Shown in pieces: positions 10,188 through 19,258 of a stretch of DNA of 64,000 nt; position 1 is the stretch's first letter, and every line of letters starts with the position of its first letter. Made by a program: the position numbers and the translations under genes. The DNA is taken from IMG/VR virus record IMGVR_UViG_3300042923_000474, positions 124,001 through 188,000 of that record; one strand, 5' to 3'. The notes beneath the pieces were generated by a model, which ran no database searches, was not told the origin of the DNA, and saw nothing but the letters and a program-made list of their open reading frames with translations.

Positions 10188-11618
10188 ATGTTTAATCCAT
10201 CCGTTTTGGCCGAAGCACAAGCTCTGGCCACCTCGACTGCTGAACGTGGGATTGCCATCAACAGCGCTCAGGAAAGCTTTCTCGACAACCTGGTTAACCT
10301 GAGTCACAACTCCCTCGACACACAAGTGGTCTCGATGGATGAAGCAGGCACTCGTTTCGAGCGCAGTTCCTCGTACGGTGATCCAGAACTCGCCTGTGCA
10401 ACCCACACCGCCTTTACCGATGAGTCGGCACTGGCTGTGGCTGAAATTGCATCGCGCAATATTCTCGTGGCCCGTACTGACGCCCTGCCTTTGATTGGCC
10501 AGGTGATGGAGCAGTTCGAGCAGATCATCAACCCTGACATTCCTTACGCTTATCGCAAGCGTTCGGTAGTGCCTGTTGCTTTCCACCCTCTGTGGAGCAG
10601 CGAGTATGTGTTGGGCGTGGGTGATACTTACGCTGATGGCGGTGATGCAGGTCAAGTGCCGGCAGGTCTGATCCTGTCCGCCGACGAAGAGCAGTTCACC
10701 AACTTCCTGGAGCTGACCAAGACCGGTCTGCCTGCCGTGGATGCCCAACTGGCGAACCTGCTGAGCGGCTACGAAGATGAAGACCTGCGTCGTCTGTTCA
10801 AGGACGTATTCAGCGGCGGTCACCTGCCAGTGGTGCGTGGTCCTTACTCGCTGACCGAAGGCTGGGTGAACGATCAGATCTTGATCCATGTTTGGGCCCG
10901 TGCCCTGGCTGACAAGTCGCCGAGCAAGTCGAGCCACAACCTGGCTTCGTACCGCACTGGCTTGGCCACTGTTGTTGAGCGTTCTGGCAACAACATCTGG
11001 CACATCAACAAGATCCGTTCGAACTGCGCCGAAGGTGGTGTGATCGTTCTGGCTTACGCGGGCGATACCATTCACGTTCACTCGGACATCTACACCGAAT
11101 GGCTGAAGCAGGAAGGTGCAGGCAACTGCCCTGAAGTTGTGCTGGGTGCTTCGCTGCTCACCGGTCAACTGCGTCCTGCTACTGGTGCCGAGTTGACGGC
11201 CTCTGGTGAAGCGCTGGTAGCCAAGTGGAACGACTACGTCTCCATGTCCAGCCGCACTGAGCAAGAGAACCTCAACGCTCAAGCGCGCATCGAGTTGTTT
11301 CGTCTGATCCGCACTCACGTTGACAAGCGTCTGGCCGAAGGTCTGGTGCCGGTCTACGAAGATGCGATGGCCGTGCTGAACGATTCCATCGAACGCCTGA
11401 AGACCAACTTCATCAAAGACCCGTACGAGCCTATCCGCGACATCATCCTGGATGTGTTCTACGCCGGTACCGAAGTGAAGATGTTCGTCATGGCGATGGA
11501 TGAGATCGAGGAAGACGACGACGACCTCGAAGAAGAAGAGATCGCGTTCCTCGCTGTTGTCAACTACCTCACTGACTGGGCAGCTTGCTTGCTGGTCAAA
11601 AAGAGCGGTCAGCTCTAA
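10188..11618 (+). CDS. Virion internal head protein (phiKZ gp177 / SPN3US gp243-like)
   Basis: AAGGAG RBS, 476 aa, synteny. Candidate protease sites AQE and SMDE near the N-terminus; acidic C-terminal tract. Confidence 0.7.
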   Translation: MFNPSVLAEAQALATSTAERGIAINSAQESFLDNLVNLSHNSLDTQVVSMDEAGTRFERSSSYGDPELACATHTAFTDESALAVAEIASRNILVARTDALPLIGQVMEQFEQIINPDIPYAYRKRSVVPVAFHPLWSSEYVLGVGDTYADGGDAGQVPAGLILSADEEQFTNFLELTKTGLPAVDAQLANLLSGYEDEDLRRLFKDVFSGGHLPVVRGPYSLTEGWVNDQILIHVWARALADKSPSKSSHNLASYRTGLATVVERSGNNIWHINKIRSNCAEGGVIVLAYAGDTIHVHSDIYTEWLKQEGAGNCPEVVLGASLLTGQLRPATGAELTASGEALVAKWNDYVSMSSRTEQENLNAQARIELFRLIRTHVDKRLAEGLVPVYEDAMAVLNDSIERLKTNFIKDPYEPIRDIILDVFYAGTEVKMFVMAMDEIEEDDDDLEEEEIAFLAVVNYLTDWAACLLVKKSGQL

Positions 11619-11629
11619 GGGGGTAGGGG

Positions 11630-12352
11630 ATGGACATCAGCCGTCTTAAGCGTGACCCGGATAAGGTGAATAGCAACATCATCGTCCGGGGTAATGAGAT
11701 GGTCACCAAGGTCCCCTGCAAGATCCTGGTTCCTGCTCGGTACATCGAGCAGGGGCTGGGGGTGCTGGAGCCTGAAGTTTATGTGATCGCCATCTATGCC
11801 ATCGTAATGGAAGACAGCTACTACGCTGTGTCCAGTGCGCCGTCCATGATGCGTCTTACGCCAACCGACATCAACCACGTCACGATCGACGATGTGGAAT
11901 ACGTTGAACTGATCTTCCCTAAGGGTGCTGTTGTTTGCCCTCAGTTGAACTTGGTGATGCGTAACGAAATGGTTTACTACGTCTACAACGAACTGACTTC
12001 CAAGGGTAACTACGGTTGGTGGTGCGAAGAAGACGACATGACCATGCCGTTTGAGAACGCTGAGGAGTTCTGCGGGGTGCGTGTGGGTTCCAACCATGCG
12101 ATCATGCAGATGGTGGCTTCCTCCTGTACTCGTCTGGCCAGTGACAAGTCCATTCAGTTCAGGCATGCGGTCAAGACGCCTGCGGATGAGCAGAAGCTCA
12201 AGTTCACGATTATCCCCCTAAGGTCTATTATTTGGGGTCCGACGAACACGTTTGCTCGGGCGATCGGTCCTTACTTCAAGGAGGGTTTGACGACTGCGCT
12301 GGTGAACCCATCGACCAAGTCTGAGACCATCGAGGAAACGTTAAGAGGGTAG
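11630..12352 (+). CDS. Probable small virion RNAP subunit (phiKZ gp176 / SPN3US gp244-like)
   Basis: 240 aa, immediately upstream of the prohead protease. C-terminal NTFARAIGPYFKEGLTTAL resembles the beta' C-terminal region. Confidence 0.7.
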   Translation: MDISRLKRDPDKVNSNIIVRGNEMVTKVPCKILVPARYIEQGLGVLEPEVYVIAIYAIVMEDSYYAVSSAPSMMRLTPTDINHVTIDDVEYVELIFPKGAVVCPQLNLVMRNEMVYYVYNELTSKGNYGWWCEEDDMTMPFENAEEFCGVRVGSNHAIMQMVASSCTRLASDKSIQFRHAVKTPADEQKLKFTIIPLRSIIWGPTNTFARAIGPYFKEGLTTALVNPSTKSETIEETLRG

Positions 12353-12358
12353 TCGGTC

Positions 12359-13153
12359 ATGGCCGCTAAATCAATCAGCTACGGATGTACGGCGCTTTTG
12401 GGCGTCAACAAAAAGGGCATCATTAAACCCGATGCCAACGGCTATTACGAAATCACCGTGGGTGGATTCAACGTCCACAACTACGGTGGTGCGTACTACC
12501 CGCTCGGTAAAGCCGAGCAACTGTTCAAGGATAGCGGGTCGTTGATGCGTCGTATCAAGGCCGGCTGCCTGCGTGGTGAACTGGGGCATCCTCGTCAAGA
12601 GAGCCTCGGTCCATCGGCTTACTTCAAACGGCTGAACGAGATCCACGAAGACAAGGTGTGTGCCCACTTTGCTGAAGTGCGTTTGGACTACGACAACTAC
12701 AAGTCTAAGTCGGGCTTCCCGATGGTGGCTGTGATTGCTCGTGTCAAGCCTGCTGGTCCGTACGCCGACACGCTGCAAAAGTCCTTGGACAACCCCGAGG
12801 AAGAAACCTGCTTCTCCATCCGCGCTGCTGTCGTGCCGGAAATGGAAGGCGGTCGCGAAGTCCGTTACATTGAAGACATCGTGACTTGGGACTATGTGAA
12901 CGAAGGCGGCATTGCCATCGCTCGCAAGTATTACTCCATGGCTTTGGAGAACATGGGCGGTGCTGTAGCCGAACTGTCTGACAACCTGATTGTTACACCT
13001 GCGATGCTGCATGTGGCCAAGCAGAACGTGCAGACAACCATGGGTCTGGAATCCAACGAGATGTTTGCGTTGGACAGTCTGGAGAAGCGCCTGGGCTGGT
13101 CTCGTCCTGCTGAGACCAAGTTCGATCGCCCACGTTACCTGAACTGGAGATAA
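12359..13153 (+). CDS. Prohead (head maturation) serine protease (phiKZ gp175 / T4 gp21-like)
   Basis: GELGHP (His), CFSIR (Ser), TWDYVNEGG (Asp); 264 aa; synteny. Confidence 0.9.
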   Translation: MAAKSISYGCTALLGVNKKGIIKPDANGYYEITVGGFNVHNYGGAYYPLGKAEQLFKDSGSLMRRIKAGCLRGELGHPRQESLGPSAYFKRLNEIHEDKVCAHFAEVRLDYDNYKSKSGFPMVAVIARVKPAGPYADTLQKSLDNPEEETCFSIRAAVVPEMEGGREVRYIEDIVTWDYVNEGGIAIARKYYSMALENMGGAVAELSDNLIVTPAMLHVAKQNVQTTMGLESNEMFALDSLEKRLGWSRPAETKFDRPRYLNWR

Positions 13154-13156
13154 GCG

Positions 13157-13348
13157 ATGGAAGTTGTCTACGCGAATACCGTAAAGCGACAAGCCGCGGA
13201 CAATAAGGTGATCCACTCTGTGGGCACTGCGTTGATCAATGGTTACTCTGCCCGCTGCCTGTTGCGAGTGGGTAAGTTGGAAGCAGGTACGCTTGAGCGT
13301 CACAGTCTTCGACGTGGGCAGCTCATCCCCGCATATTGCCGGCGCTAA
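13157..13348 (+). CDS. Small hypothetical protein
   Basis: GGAG RBS, 63 aa, ends directly at the terminator-like element. Confidence 0.55.
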   Translation: MEVVYANTVKRQAADNKVIHSVGTALINGYSARCLLRVGKLEAGTLERHSLRRGQLIPAYCRR

Positions 13349-13387
13349 CATAATCCCCAGCCCTTTGCGGGGCTGGGGACTTATGCC
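13349..13387. terminator. CATAA-hairpin-TTATGCC terminator-like element
   Basis: CATAA TCCCCAGCCC TTTGC GGGGCTGGGGA C TTATGCC. Confidence 0.75.
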
Positions 13388-13398
13388 ATTGAATGATT

Positions 13399-13423
13399 TT
13401 TCAGACCTAGATTATTCATGTGA
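13399..13423 (+). promoter_or_regulatory. Putative phage early promoter (copy 1 of 4)
   Basis: TTTCAGACCTAGATTATTCATGTGA; aligns without gaps to copies at 14958, 35764 and 62954. Confidence 0.65.
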
Positions 13424-13466
13424 GCATCCCCCAAAGGTGTTCGATTCCCCCAACGAGGTAACACAC

Positions 13467-13733
13467 ATGACTGAGATGATAATCAGGAGAACTCAAGAAC
13501 GAGTCAGTAATCGATACCTAGGAGCGACCTCACAAGTACACGTTTACAACAAGCGTAAAAAGATGTGGGAATGGAAGTCACTGTGGAACTTTCAAGTGTG
13601 TAACAAAGAAGCTGTTACGCAGGAGATACCTCCACCGGGATCTGACGTCATCACACTTACAGCTATCACCCCGACGAATCATTACGAGGATCGGTGTGAG
13701 GATCTTAATTTGAAACATTGGGGAGTTAAGTAA
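13467..13733 (+). CDS. Small hypothetical protein (weak N-x-Q family member)
   Basis: GAGG RBS before ATG 13467; TAATG coupling to the next ORF. Confidence 0.65.
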   Translation: MTEMIIRRTQERVSNRYLGATSQVHVYNKRKKMWEWKSLWNFQVCNKEAVTQEIPPPGSDVITLTAITPTNHYEDRCEDLNLKHWGVK

Positions 13734-13996
13734 TGACCAACGCAGGATTCCACCACTACAGCAATCGTCAAGTTCGTCTGTCTGATGGCAGTGTTCGTTG
13801 TAGTTTTGTGGGACTCCTGGAAGAGGTGGTAGCTGGCGGGGCTCGCAAGGGCTCCGCATCCCGCACCGTCTCTATCCGGGATAAGGCTGGGAGCAAACGG
13901 GTAATCAGCAGGCTGGTCCTCTGCCATCCAACCAAAGGAGTAGTGCGACGTGGCTTCGTCTTCAAACCTCAACAAGCAGCGACGCTCTGGGGATAA
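13733..13996 (+). CDS. Small hypothetical protein, N-x-Q family
   Basis: FHHYSNRQVRLSDG; GGGAG RBS, TAATG overlap. Confidence 0.65.
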   Translation: MTNAGFHHYSNRQVRLSDGSVRCSFVGLLEEVVAGGARKGSASRTVSIRDKAGSKRVISRLVLCHPTKGVVRRGFVFKPQQAATLWG

Positions 13997-14201
13997 TCTG
14001 TACGTCTACCAAATGGTCATGGGCCGTGAGGATGGCGAATTCGAACCAAGGTGGACCGAGAAGGTTTACGCCTTTGGTCATTGTCAATTTTCCCAACACC
14101 ATTCATTCAGCAATGGTCGGGAACGCATCTACGGAGATCCTCCACCGTGGATTAAGGGAGTGTTCAAAGATGAGAAAGACACTCGAACAATCTCTTTCTG
14201 A
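13950..14201 (+). CDS. Small hypothetical protein, N-x-Q family
   Basis: AAGGAG upstream of GTG; SNLNKQRRSGD. Confidence 0.55.
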   Translation: MASSSNLNKQRRSGDNLYVYQMVMGREDGEFEPRWTEKVYAFGHCQFSQHHSFSNGRERIYGDPPPWIKGVFKDEKDTRTISF

Positions 14202-14430
14202 ACATGTCAAAGACTTCATGCTTGTACAGACACGCAATGTTCAGAAAGACGGACAGATTCTGATGGAGCAAGCTCAGATCAGTTTCGGTCCAGATCGTCG
14301 GTTGATGAAGGCGCCTCAAATCGTCTTGATCCATCGGCAGAGTAATGCACCAGCCTTTGCCAGTTACTGGGCAGAGAACGGTACTTTCCGAAAGCGGGGG
14401 TTAAGGAACTTCCATGATCCTGCGTCGTAA
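14170..14430 (+). CDS. Small hypothetical protein, N-x-Q family (start 14170 or 14218)
   Basis: MLVQTRNVQKDG; GGGAG RBS. Confidence 0.6.
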   Translation: MRKTLEQSLSEHVKDFMLVQTRNVQKDGQILMEQAQISFGPDRRLMKAPQIVLIHRQSNAPAFASYWAENGTFRKRGLRNFHDPAS

Positions 14431-14611
14431 CAGCATGCAGATCAACCGTGGCCCTAACGATCAGGTGGGCATGGACTGGGAGTGGACTGCCAAAGGCGTA
14501 AGTCGATTGGTAGCCCATGACATCTCAGGCGGTACGTTTACCTACCACGGGTTGGCTAAGCGTGCAACGTTCTATGCTCGCATACCCCCATGGAAAGGAG
14601 ATGGCACGTAA
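14414..14611 (+). CDS. Small hypothetical protein, N-x-Q-like family
   Basis: AAGGA RBS; MILRRNSMQ; TAATG coupling. Confidence 0.6.
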   Translation: MILRRNSMQINRGPNDQVGMDWEWTAKGVSRLVAHDISGGTFTYHGLAKRATFYARIPPWKGDGT

Positions 14612-14952
14612 TGCTTGTCACCCACACCAACTCGCAATGCAACTTGGGCAATGGCTACACTCAGACCTTTCAGTCTCGGGTGATTAAAGAGCCATCGGCC
14701 AACGAGGTCATTACGGCCAACGTAACCGGTACCAACTTCAAAGACGGTAACGATTACGCGCAGGTGAACCAGATCAGCTCCCATTGGCCCTTCATGGACC
14801 ATGGTGTTGCAAGGTTCCGCAAGTCCTATATCCGTGCTCGACTGATGTCGCCACAGCGTTACTACGAAGAGATGCTGGTTGACAAATCCGACGGTCTTCA
14901 TTTAGACCTAGGTTCCGGTATTACATTGCACGCTGTATGTGATGTGAAATAA
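14611..14952 (+). CDS. Small hypothetical protein, N-x-Q family
   Basis: AAGGAG RBS; MLVTHTNSQCNLGNG. Confidence 0.65.
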   Translation: MLVTHTNSQCNLGNGYTQTFQSRVIKEPSANEVITANVTGTNFKDGNDYAQVNQISSHWPFMDHGVARFRKSYIRARLMSPQRYYEEMLVDKSDGLHLDLGSGITLHAVCDVK

Positions 14953-14957
14953 AGAAA

Positions 14958-14982
14958 TCTGAACCCTAAACTATCAAGTTGA
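14958..14982 (+). promoter_or_regulatory. Putative phage early promoter (copy 2)
   Basis: TCTGAACCCTAAACTATCAAGTTGA. Confidence 0.55.
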
Positions 14983-15065
14983 ACAATGCTTCTTGAAAAG
15001 CTGTTCACACTCATTCCTCTGCCCATGGTCTGGTCAGGGGTCTAACTTTTAAAGGAACGTATTAC

Positions 15066-15563
15066 ATGGCAATCCAAAAGAAGCTGTCCAAAGGCACCAC
15101 CCACTTGCTGGCTCGCCTGGAAGCTGAAGTGAAAGCAGTCATCGGCGACGACAAGATGCCGGGCGATCTGGAAATCACTCTGGACAATGCGAAGCTCGGC
15201 GAAGTGCTGACCGACTATCGCACCACCACTTCCGTCGGTGAGCGCGCAGTGACCGTTGACGACATCGAAGCCGTGGGCAACTTCCGTCGCGATCTGCAGA
15301 ACGCTACCCGCATGTTCGCAGGCGATACTGGCCTGACTTACATGCAGACCAACGAAGACGCTGACAGCTATCGCATCACCGTCAACACCCAGGACAACGC
15401 CCTGTCGGTGCAGTCGGCATTCTTCCGCCCAGGCAAAGAAGAGCAAGGCAACACCAACTTCGTCAGCATCACCGATCAGTGGACCGGCAGCGACGAAGAC
15501 AAGGCGATCGAGAATCACCTGAAAGGCCTGACCAAGACTTTGGCAGGGGCTGTTAAGAAGTAA
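15066..15563 (+). CDS. Hypothetical protein (own promoter and terminator; codon usage suggests high expression)
   Basis: AAGGA RBS, 165 aa; followed by a hairpin and T tract at 15575-15609. Confidence 0.8.
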   Translation: MAIQKKLSKGTTHLLARLEAEVKAVIGDDKMPGDLEITLDNAKLGEVLTDYRTTTSVGERAVTVDDIEAVGNFRRDLQNATRMFAGDTGLTYMQTNEDADSYRITVNTQDNALSVQSAFFRPGKEEQGNTNFVSITDQWTGSDEDKAIENHLKGLTKTLAGAVKK

Positions 15564-15648
15564 TCATCCCCGTTGACCGGCCGCCAAGGATGGCATGCCG
15601 GTCTTTTTTATTCGGTTGTTTCTTTTTTGTTTAGCAGGAGGGGTTCTT

Positions 15649-16680
15649 ATGTTTGGCTTCAATGAGAAGGAAATGCAGGAGGCTGAAAAGCTCGCGGACC
15701 TTTATGACCGTCTGCGCAGGTACGCTCGCGAAGCCAAGGTCAAGGTGATTGTTGCTACCGCAGGTGTTCAGTCTGCTGTGGACGTTACTGACATGACCGT
15801 TAGCTGGCACCCCAGCGAGCCTCGTGTGGTGGACTACCTCAACATCGTTCGCACCAAAGAGCGTCCGGTGTCTGAGAAGATGCATGAGCTGTCCTGGGAC
15901 TTCACCATGCCCATCGGCTACAGTGCCCTGCGCGATGGAGTACGTCAGGTGATGGACGGCGAGAACGACCCTGTCAGACCCTCCCTCACTGCCAAGGATA
16001 TCGCGGCCTTGTTGGAGAAACATCCTGACATGGACAAGTGGACACTCAATGGCGACTTCGTCTATCCGGTAGGTGGCAGTGGTGAGCCAAGTCATCGGAT
16101 TCCTGTCGTGGGTGCAAAGCATGACCACATCAGTGACCGTGATGTTGAGTTCATGTATCAGGGGCGAGCCAGATTGATCGGGGTTAGTACGCCATCGGCT
16201 CGTTCAGACATTCTGGACGACTCGGTCAGGCACACCTACCCACATGGTCGAGTAGAGGCTCAGTTGGGGTTGTCCCGCGAAGACCTGGAAAGCCTTATGC
16301 AGGAATACCCAGTGGGTAAGCTGGACCTGCCGGAGATACTTGCCAAAGCTGCTGAGAAGTTTGGCATCGATCCAGGGGTGCTGGAAGCTGTTATGCGGGT
16401 TGAAAGTGCAGAAGCCTACCGTGATCCCATCATCGTTGGTGGCCGGCAACCTGGGCGTGATACTCGTCTACTTGGCCTGGCGCTTGACCGTCTGGACAAG
16501 GTTGAGACTGTCCATGGGTGGGCTGCTGACTTCGATGGTCAAGTGGCTGGGCCCAAGCGTTTCATCTCCAAGCGACGTTATTGGGGAGAGGGTGCAGATA
16601 CACCAGAAAGCGGTGCACGCAAACGTCGTCAGTCTGACGTGCATGTCAATGGCAAGCCCAAGAAGGGGTGGCAAAAATGA
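15649..16680 (+). CDS. Hypothetical mosaic protein with a short SLT-transglycosylase-like segment
   Basis: AGGAGG RBS; ILAKAAEKFGIDPGVLEAVMRVES plus other motif-like fragments (see findings). Confidence 0.75.
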   Translation: MFGFNEKEMQEAEKLADLYDRLRRYAREAKVKVIVATAGVQSAVDVTDMTVSWHPSEPRVVDYLNIVRTKERPVSEKMHELSWDFTMPIGYSALRDGVRQVMDGENDPVRPSLTAKDIAALLEKHPDMDKWTLNGDFVYPVGGSGEPSHRIPVVGAKHDHISDRDVEFMYQGRARLIGVSTPSARSDILDDSVRHTYPHGRVEAQLGLSREDLESLMQEYPVGKLDLPEILAKAAEKFGIDPGVLEAVMRVESAEAYRDPIIVGGRQPGRDTRLLGLALDRLDKVETVHGWAADFDGQVAGPKRFISKRRYWGEGADTPESGARKRRQSDVHVNGKPKKGWQK

Positions 16681-16877
16681 AAGCTTCTTTTGCATACAGG
16701 CGTTCGGTGGTCAAGGCTAAGCGGGCTCTTAAAGTTCTGGCTGATTACCTCCGAAAGATGTTTAAGCAGATGATGGATTGGGCCGAGAAGTACCGCTCCC
16801 ACATCCAAGCCCAGACCAAACTGCGTCCAGCGTATGGTCGCAACGGCAAGCCACTCAAGAGTTGGCAAGCATGGTGA
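16677..16877 (+). CDS. Small basic hypothetical protein
   Basis: ATGA overlap with the upstream gene; K/R-rich. Confidence 0.65.
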   Translation: MKASFAYRRSVVKAKRALKVLADYLRKMFKQMMDWAEKYRSHIQAQTKLRPAYGRNGKPLKSWQAW

Positions 16878-17161
16878 TGGAACGAGTGCTCCACACCAAT
16901 CGGCAGGAGCGCTTCACTCGTCCAGACGGAACAACCGATCTGTTCTCACGCACCAGTGTGGAAGTGATAGACCTCGTCAATTCTGCACACAACCACGTCA
17001 TGCACATTGACTCTGGTTCTGGCAAGTACGTCACCTCCACCGATCATGAGCGTTTCGTTAAGGTTTGCACCCTTCATGGACCGGTCAGGACTTTCTGGGA
17101 CAAGCGTGTTCCTTTGTCGATAAAGATGCGGGGGTTTCGCCATGATGATTCTGAGGACTAA
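16877..17161 (+). CDS. Small hypothetical protein, N-x-Q family
   Basis: TGATG coupling; VLHTNRQERFTRPDG. Confidence 0.65.
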   Translation: MERVLHTNRQERFTRPDGTTDLFSRTSVEVIDLVNSAHNHVMHIDSGSGKYVTSTDHERFVKVCTLHGPVRTFWDKRVPLSIKMRGFRHDDSED

Positions 17162-17435
17162 TGTTCAGCAATGTACTCTGTTCTCTGATGGGGTGGTGGC
17201 AGTACACACTCACCATACTCAACAGTTACACGAGCAAGGTTTCATGGGTGGCTTTGTCATCAACCACATAGACAACCCAGCCAATCCATCTCGCACCGGC
17301 AGCTTCTACAGCTCCCGCAACGTTAGCTGGGGTGAGGGATCTATTCTTGATCGCGAGGAAAAGCGCAGTGGCCTGTGGCGGGAGACTGGGTTGTCTGTGC
17401 AATTGCAGGGGGTTAGTCGTGGAAATGACGATTAA
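17142..17435 (+). CDS. Small hypothetical protein, N-x-Q family
   Basis: MILRTNVQQCTLFSDG; C-terminus resembles that of the preceding ORF. Confidence 0.65.
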   Translation: MMILRTNVQQCTLFSDGVVAVHTHHTQQLHEQGFMGGFVINHIDNPANPSRTGSFYSSRNVSWGEGSILDREEKRSGLWRETGLSVQLQGVSRGNDD

Positions 17436-17700
17436 ACAAACACAGACACAGGGCGAAGATTGGCGTGGTGCTCAAACCGCTGGCGTACTTTGTCAGATCG
17501 GGGTTGATGAGAACGGGTTCAATTGGTGCAGTACGGTGGGTCACATGACCCGAGAAACGCTCGACAAACCTGCCCCTCACTGGGCGGTTAGTGAACGTAG
17601 CTTTTACGCCGGTCACCTGAACTTCCACGGGTGTCTGAACATTTATGCCAGCGCCTCGTTTAACGAAACACCGCTGTCCGTTGTACCGCGTAAGTTTTAA
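17425..17700 (+). CDS. Small hypothetical protein (weak N-x-Q family member)
   Basis: Overlapping start; MTIKQTQTQ...TPLSVVPRKF. Confidence 0.6.
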   Translation: MTIKQTQTQGEDWRGAQTAGVLCQIGVDENGFNWCSTVGHMTRETLDKPAPHWAVSERSFYAGHLNFHGCLNIYASASFNETPLSVVPRKF

Positions 17701-17761
17701 CCATGCGACTACGGGCGTTCCCTGTAAGTTCGCCCGATAGTTACATACCGAGGATTGTTTC

Positions 17762-17920
17762 ATGGACCGTGATCAAATGAACGAGTTCCTGAATACCGCT
17801 TCACCTGACTGGGACGATGTAGAAGATCGACGAGACTTCTACGCCGCTCAAATGTTTGTATTGATTTTTATTGTCATTGTTTGCCTGGTTCTTTGGGGAG
17901 TATCCAAATGGCTGGGCTAA
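17762..17920 (+). CDS. 52-aa single-pass membrane peptide (below the ORF-track cutoff)
   Basis: GAGGA RBS; MDRDQMNEFLNTASPDWDDVEDRRDFYAAQMFVLIFIVIVCLVLWGVSKWLG. Confidence 0.7.
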   Translation: MDRDQMNEFLNTASPDWDDVEDRRDFYAAQMFVLIFIVIVCLVLWGVSKWLG

Positions 17921-17931
17921 GGGGAAATAAG

Positions 17932-18807
17932 ATGGGCCGTACACTGGAAGACTTTTTCGTACATGGCAAGAAGCACAACTGCCTGTCGAACCGCACATTC
18001 ACCCGCATTGGTGGCGTCCTCTACGAGCAGACGGCTACCGATTGGACGCTGGTCTCTTCGCCTACCTTTCAGGACATCGTCTCTGGCAAGGTGCAGTCCA
18101 AGCCGTTCGGTCAACACCTGCCTGACCATGCAAAGGTCGGCATCCTGGGTGGGATGCGTCCACGTGACGTCTTCAGCCGGGAGCGTGAAGAGAGCATGAC
18201 CAATCAGAACTTCATGGCCAACACTGTGGCAGAGCGTCGGCTGTCTACACGACCGGCGAAGCGTACTCAATTGCAGCTGAGCGAGCTGGCCGTCTCTGGC
18301 CACATGTTCAAAGTGGGTAACCTAGCCCTAGAAGCTGCCGTAGTCGAAAAGTGGATCATGCTGGGCCATCAGGAACCCCAAGTCGAAATGGCTCGGGTGA
18401 TGGAGATCGATCGTCTGGTGAAGGGAAGTGCGATTGCAGCCTCGTTCGTGTGCCGGATCATCAACCACCTGTTCGAACCTGCCGCGGCGATGGACCCCAA
18501 CACCTACGAGTTCACCTCTCGCACCCTGCAAGAGATGAACCACATGCAACTGGGCGACGTGTTCAGGAATGCTCGTCCTGTCAGGATGGCCATCACCGAC
18601 ATCTCCCGTGCGTTCAAGCAGGTGCAGGCAACGTTGCCGCATGTGAAGTACGTTTACTTCAACAACGACCTTAAGTGGAAGTTTGTTGATCGCGACTTCA
18701 AGGCTGTTCAAGTAGACGGCATTATTCCTGATGACGTCTTGGAAACTGCAGTGCTCGCGGCAGTAGACCGCGGCGTACTCAACAAATGGCTGAACCCAGC
18801 CGCTTAA
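17932..18807 (+). CDS. Hypothetical protein
   Basis: AAGGGG RBS, ~291 aa. Confidence 0.75.
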   Translation: MGRTLEDFFVHGKKHNCLSNRTFTRIGGVLYEQTATDWTLVSSPTFQDIVSGKVQSKPFGQHLPDHAKVGILGGMRPRDVFSREREESMTNQNFMANTVAERRLSTRPAKRTQLQLSELAVSGHMFKVGNLALEAAVVEKWIMLGHQEPQVEMARVMEIDRLVKGSAIAASFVCRIINHLFEPAAAMDPNTYEFTSRTLQEMNHMQLGDVFRNARPVRMAITDISRAFKQVQATLPHVKYVYFNNDLKWKFVDRDFKAVQVDGIIPDDVLETAVLAAVDRGVLNKWLNPAA

Positions 18808-18864
18808 AGTTCCACCACTCGACTGTATAGTTTGCAGTCCTCCCAAACCAAGGAGCAATACCCG

Positions 18865-19200
18865 ATGAAACTCGTTATCGTAAACGCTGGTCTGATCGCT
18901 GCTTTCGAGAAAGTTGAAGGCAAAGAAGGCGTGGTTAAAGCCAAGGTTCTCTCTGGCAGCAACAGCGAAGTCGCTCGTCTGACTGCTCTGGGCGGCGCCC
19001 CAATCGATCTGGCCATCGAAGGCCTGACCAAGGGCCACACCCTGACCATGGGCGAAGAAGTTCAGTTCACCGCTGACGGCACTTTCGCCGTTGAGCCTTC
19101 GATCACTGCTCCTGCCGAGAAGGCCGAAGAAGTGCGCAAGACCACCGGCGGCGCAAGCCCTGCCATGCCGGCTGAACGCTCCAATCGTTTCACCAGCTGA
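18865..19200 (+). CDS. Hypothetical protein, likely highly expressed
   Basis: AAGGAG RBS, strong codon bias; followed by hairpin-TTTATGC at 19215-19244. Confidence 0.8.
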   Translation: MKLVIVNAGLIAAFEKVEGKEGVVKAKVLSGSNSEVARLTALGGAPIDLAIEGLTKGHTLTMGEEVQFTADGTFAVEPSITAPAEKAEEVRKTTGGASPAMPAERSNRFTS

Positions 19201-19258
19201 TTAGCACCCGGCCTGCCTCCGTCCTACGGGACGGAGGTTTATGCACTAAGGATAGAAG

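Noticed and set aside
13436-13450. GGTGTTCGATTCCCC resembling a tRNA T-arm
   Set aside because: No acceptor, D or anticodon arms. I found no convincing tRNA gene in the window.
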